Positions 63,511-64,000 of a stretch of 64,000 nucleotides of DNA are shown piece by piece. The position numbers and the translations under genes are program-made. The stretch covers positions 11,121,187 through 11,185,186 of the forward strand of contig OZ316898.1 in assembly GCA_973895155.1 (NCBI GenBank), given 5' to 3'. The notes under the pieces were generated by a model. It was not told the DNA's origin, ran no database searches, and worked only from the letters and a program-made list of their open reading frames with translations. This stretch comes from Marsupella aquatica (Eukaryota; Plantae; Marchantiophyta). How positions within the stretch are numbered: the first letter of the stretch is position 1; each line of letters starts with the position of its first letter.

Positions 63511-64000
63511 GTACTTTATTCCTTTCCTTTCCTCCCTCCACCGCTCTCTGTCTGAAAGAGAGTTTGATAATTGAATCTAAACTTTCAAGGAGCAGCCGAT
63601 AGAGTTTCGGTTTAAGCACACGACTTCTTCTTCCTTTCTCATGTCTAAAGTCTTATCCAGTGGTGCCAGTCTCTCGTTGAATTATATTCTATGCCACAGT
63701 GTGTTTCGCACCCACCGACCATAGCCCCTTCTTCTGTCTCTAGGTCTTAGATTTGAACCTCAAATAGATGAAATGTGAAAGTGTTTTCCAGGATAATTGT
63801 GCGTTCTCTGTCAATAATCTCAACTGCTTTAAACGTTAGGTAGGCTGAGGGAGCACGGAAACGCAATTGCATCGAAATTTACTGCAGCTCATTGACGCAT
63901 TTCTAAGTTATTGGTTGAAAATGTGGACCCACTTCTGGACGTAGGGCCTGATTTTCAAAATCTTTTAGAGTAATTTAAAGAAAATTTGTTAGTCGCTGAT

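Noticed and set aside
1-64000. tRNA or rRNA genes
   Set aside because: No cloverleaf with A/B boxes or rRNA signature was recognised by eye; small ncRNAs such as intronic snoRNAs cannot be excluded without Infernal.

Overview
Eukaryotic nuclear DNA from a land plant. The intron-rich genes and TE content suggest a non-seed, bryophyte-like plant, but the taxon is inference only. Manual splice-site reading gives these host genes: a 14-exon plastid-targeted PPR+CBS protein (7481-13389, -), cytosolic RPL27 (20712-21997, +), a p24/emp24-delta cargo receptor (25632-27788, +), a 16-exon WDR91 homologue (30044-37893, -) with an intronless calnexin nested antisense in one intron (32124-33857, +), a CUSTOS-like gene (54450-56504, +) with a near-identical second copy from 63277 that runs off the window, and plastid ribosomal protein L18 (60907-62802, -). 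Mobile DNA: decayed L1 fragments, a full-length but disrupted Bianca-type Ty1/copia element (38240-44842, TSD ATATA), a MITE, and a ~7 kb Kolobok-like DNA transposon (46316-53494) with a spliced DDE transposase and two tandem convergent KolX/P2X7-tail-like genes. Highlights: (1) the Kolobok-like element in a land plant, with a duplicated accessory gene; (2) the PPR-CBS and RPL18 genes share a duplicated 5' module of UTR, transit-peptide exon and intron; (3) a WDR91 intron with overlapping U12 and U2 splice-site sets offset by 6 nt; (4) the nested intronless calnexin; (5) a copia PBS that appears to record tRNA-Ile A34-to-I editing.
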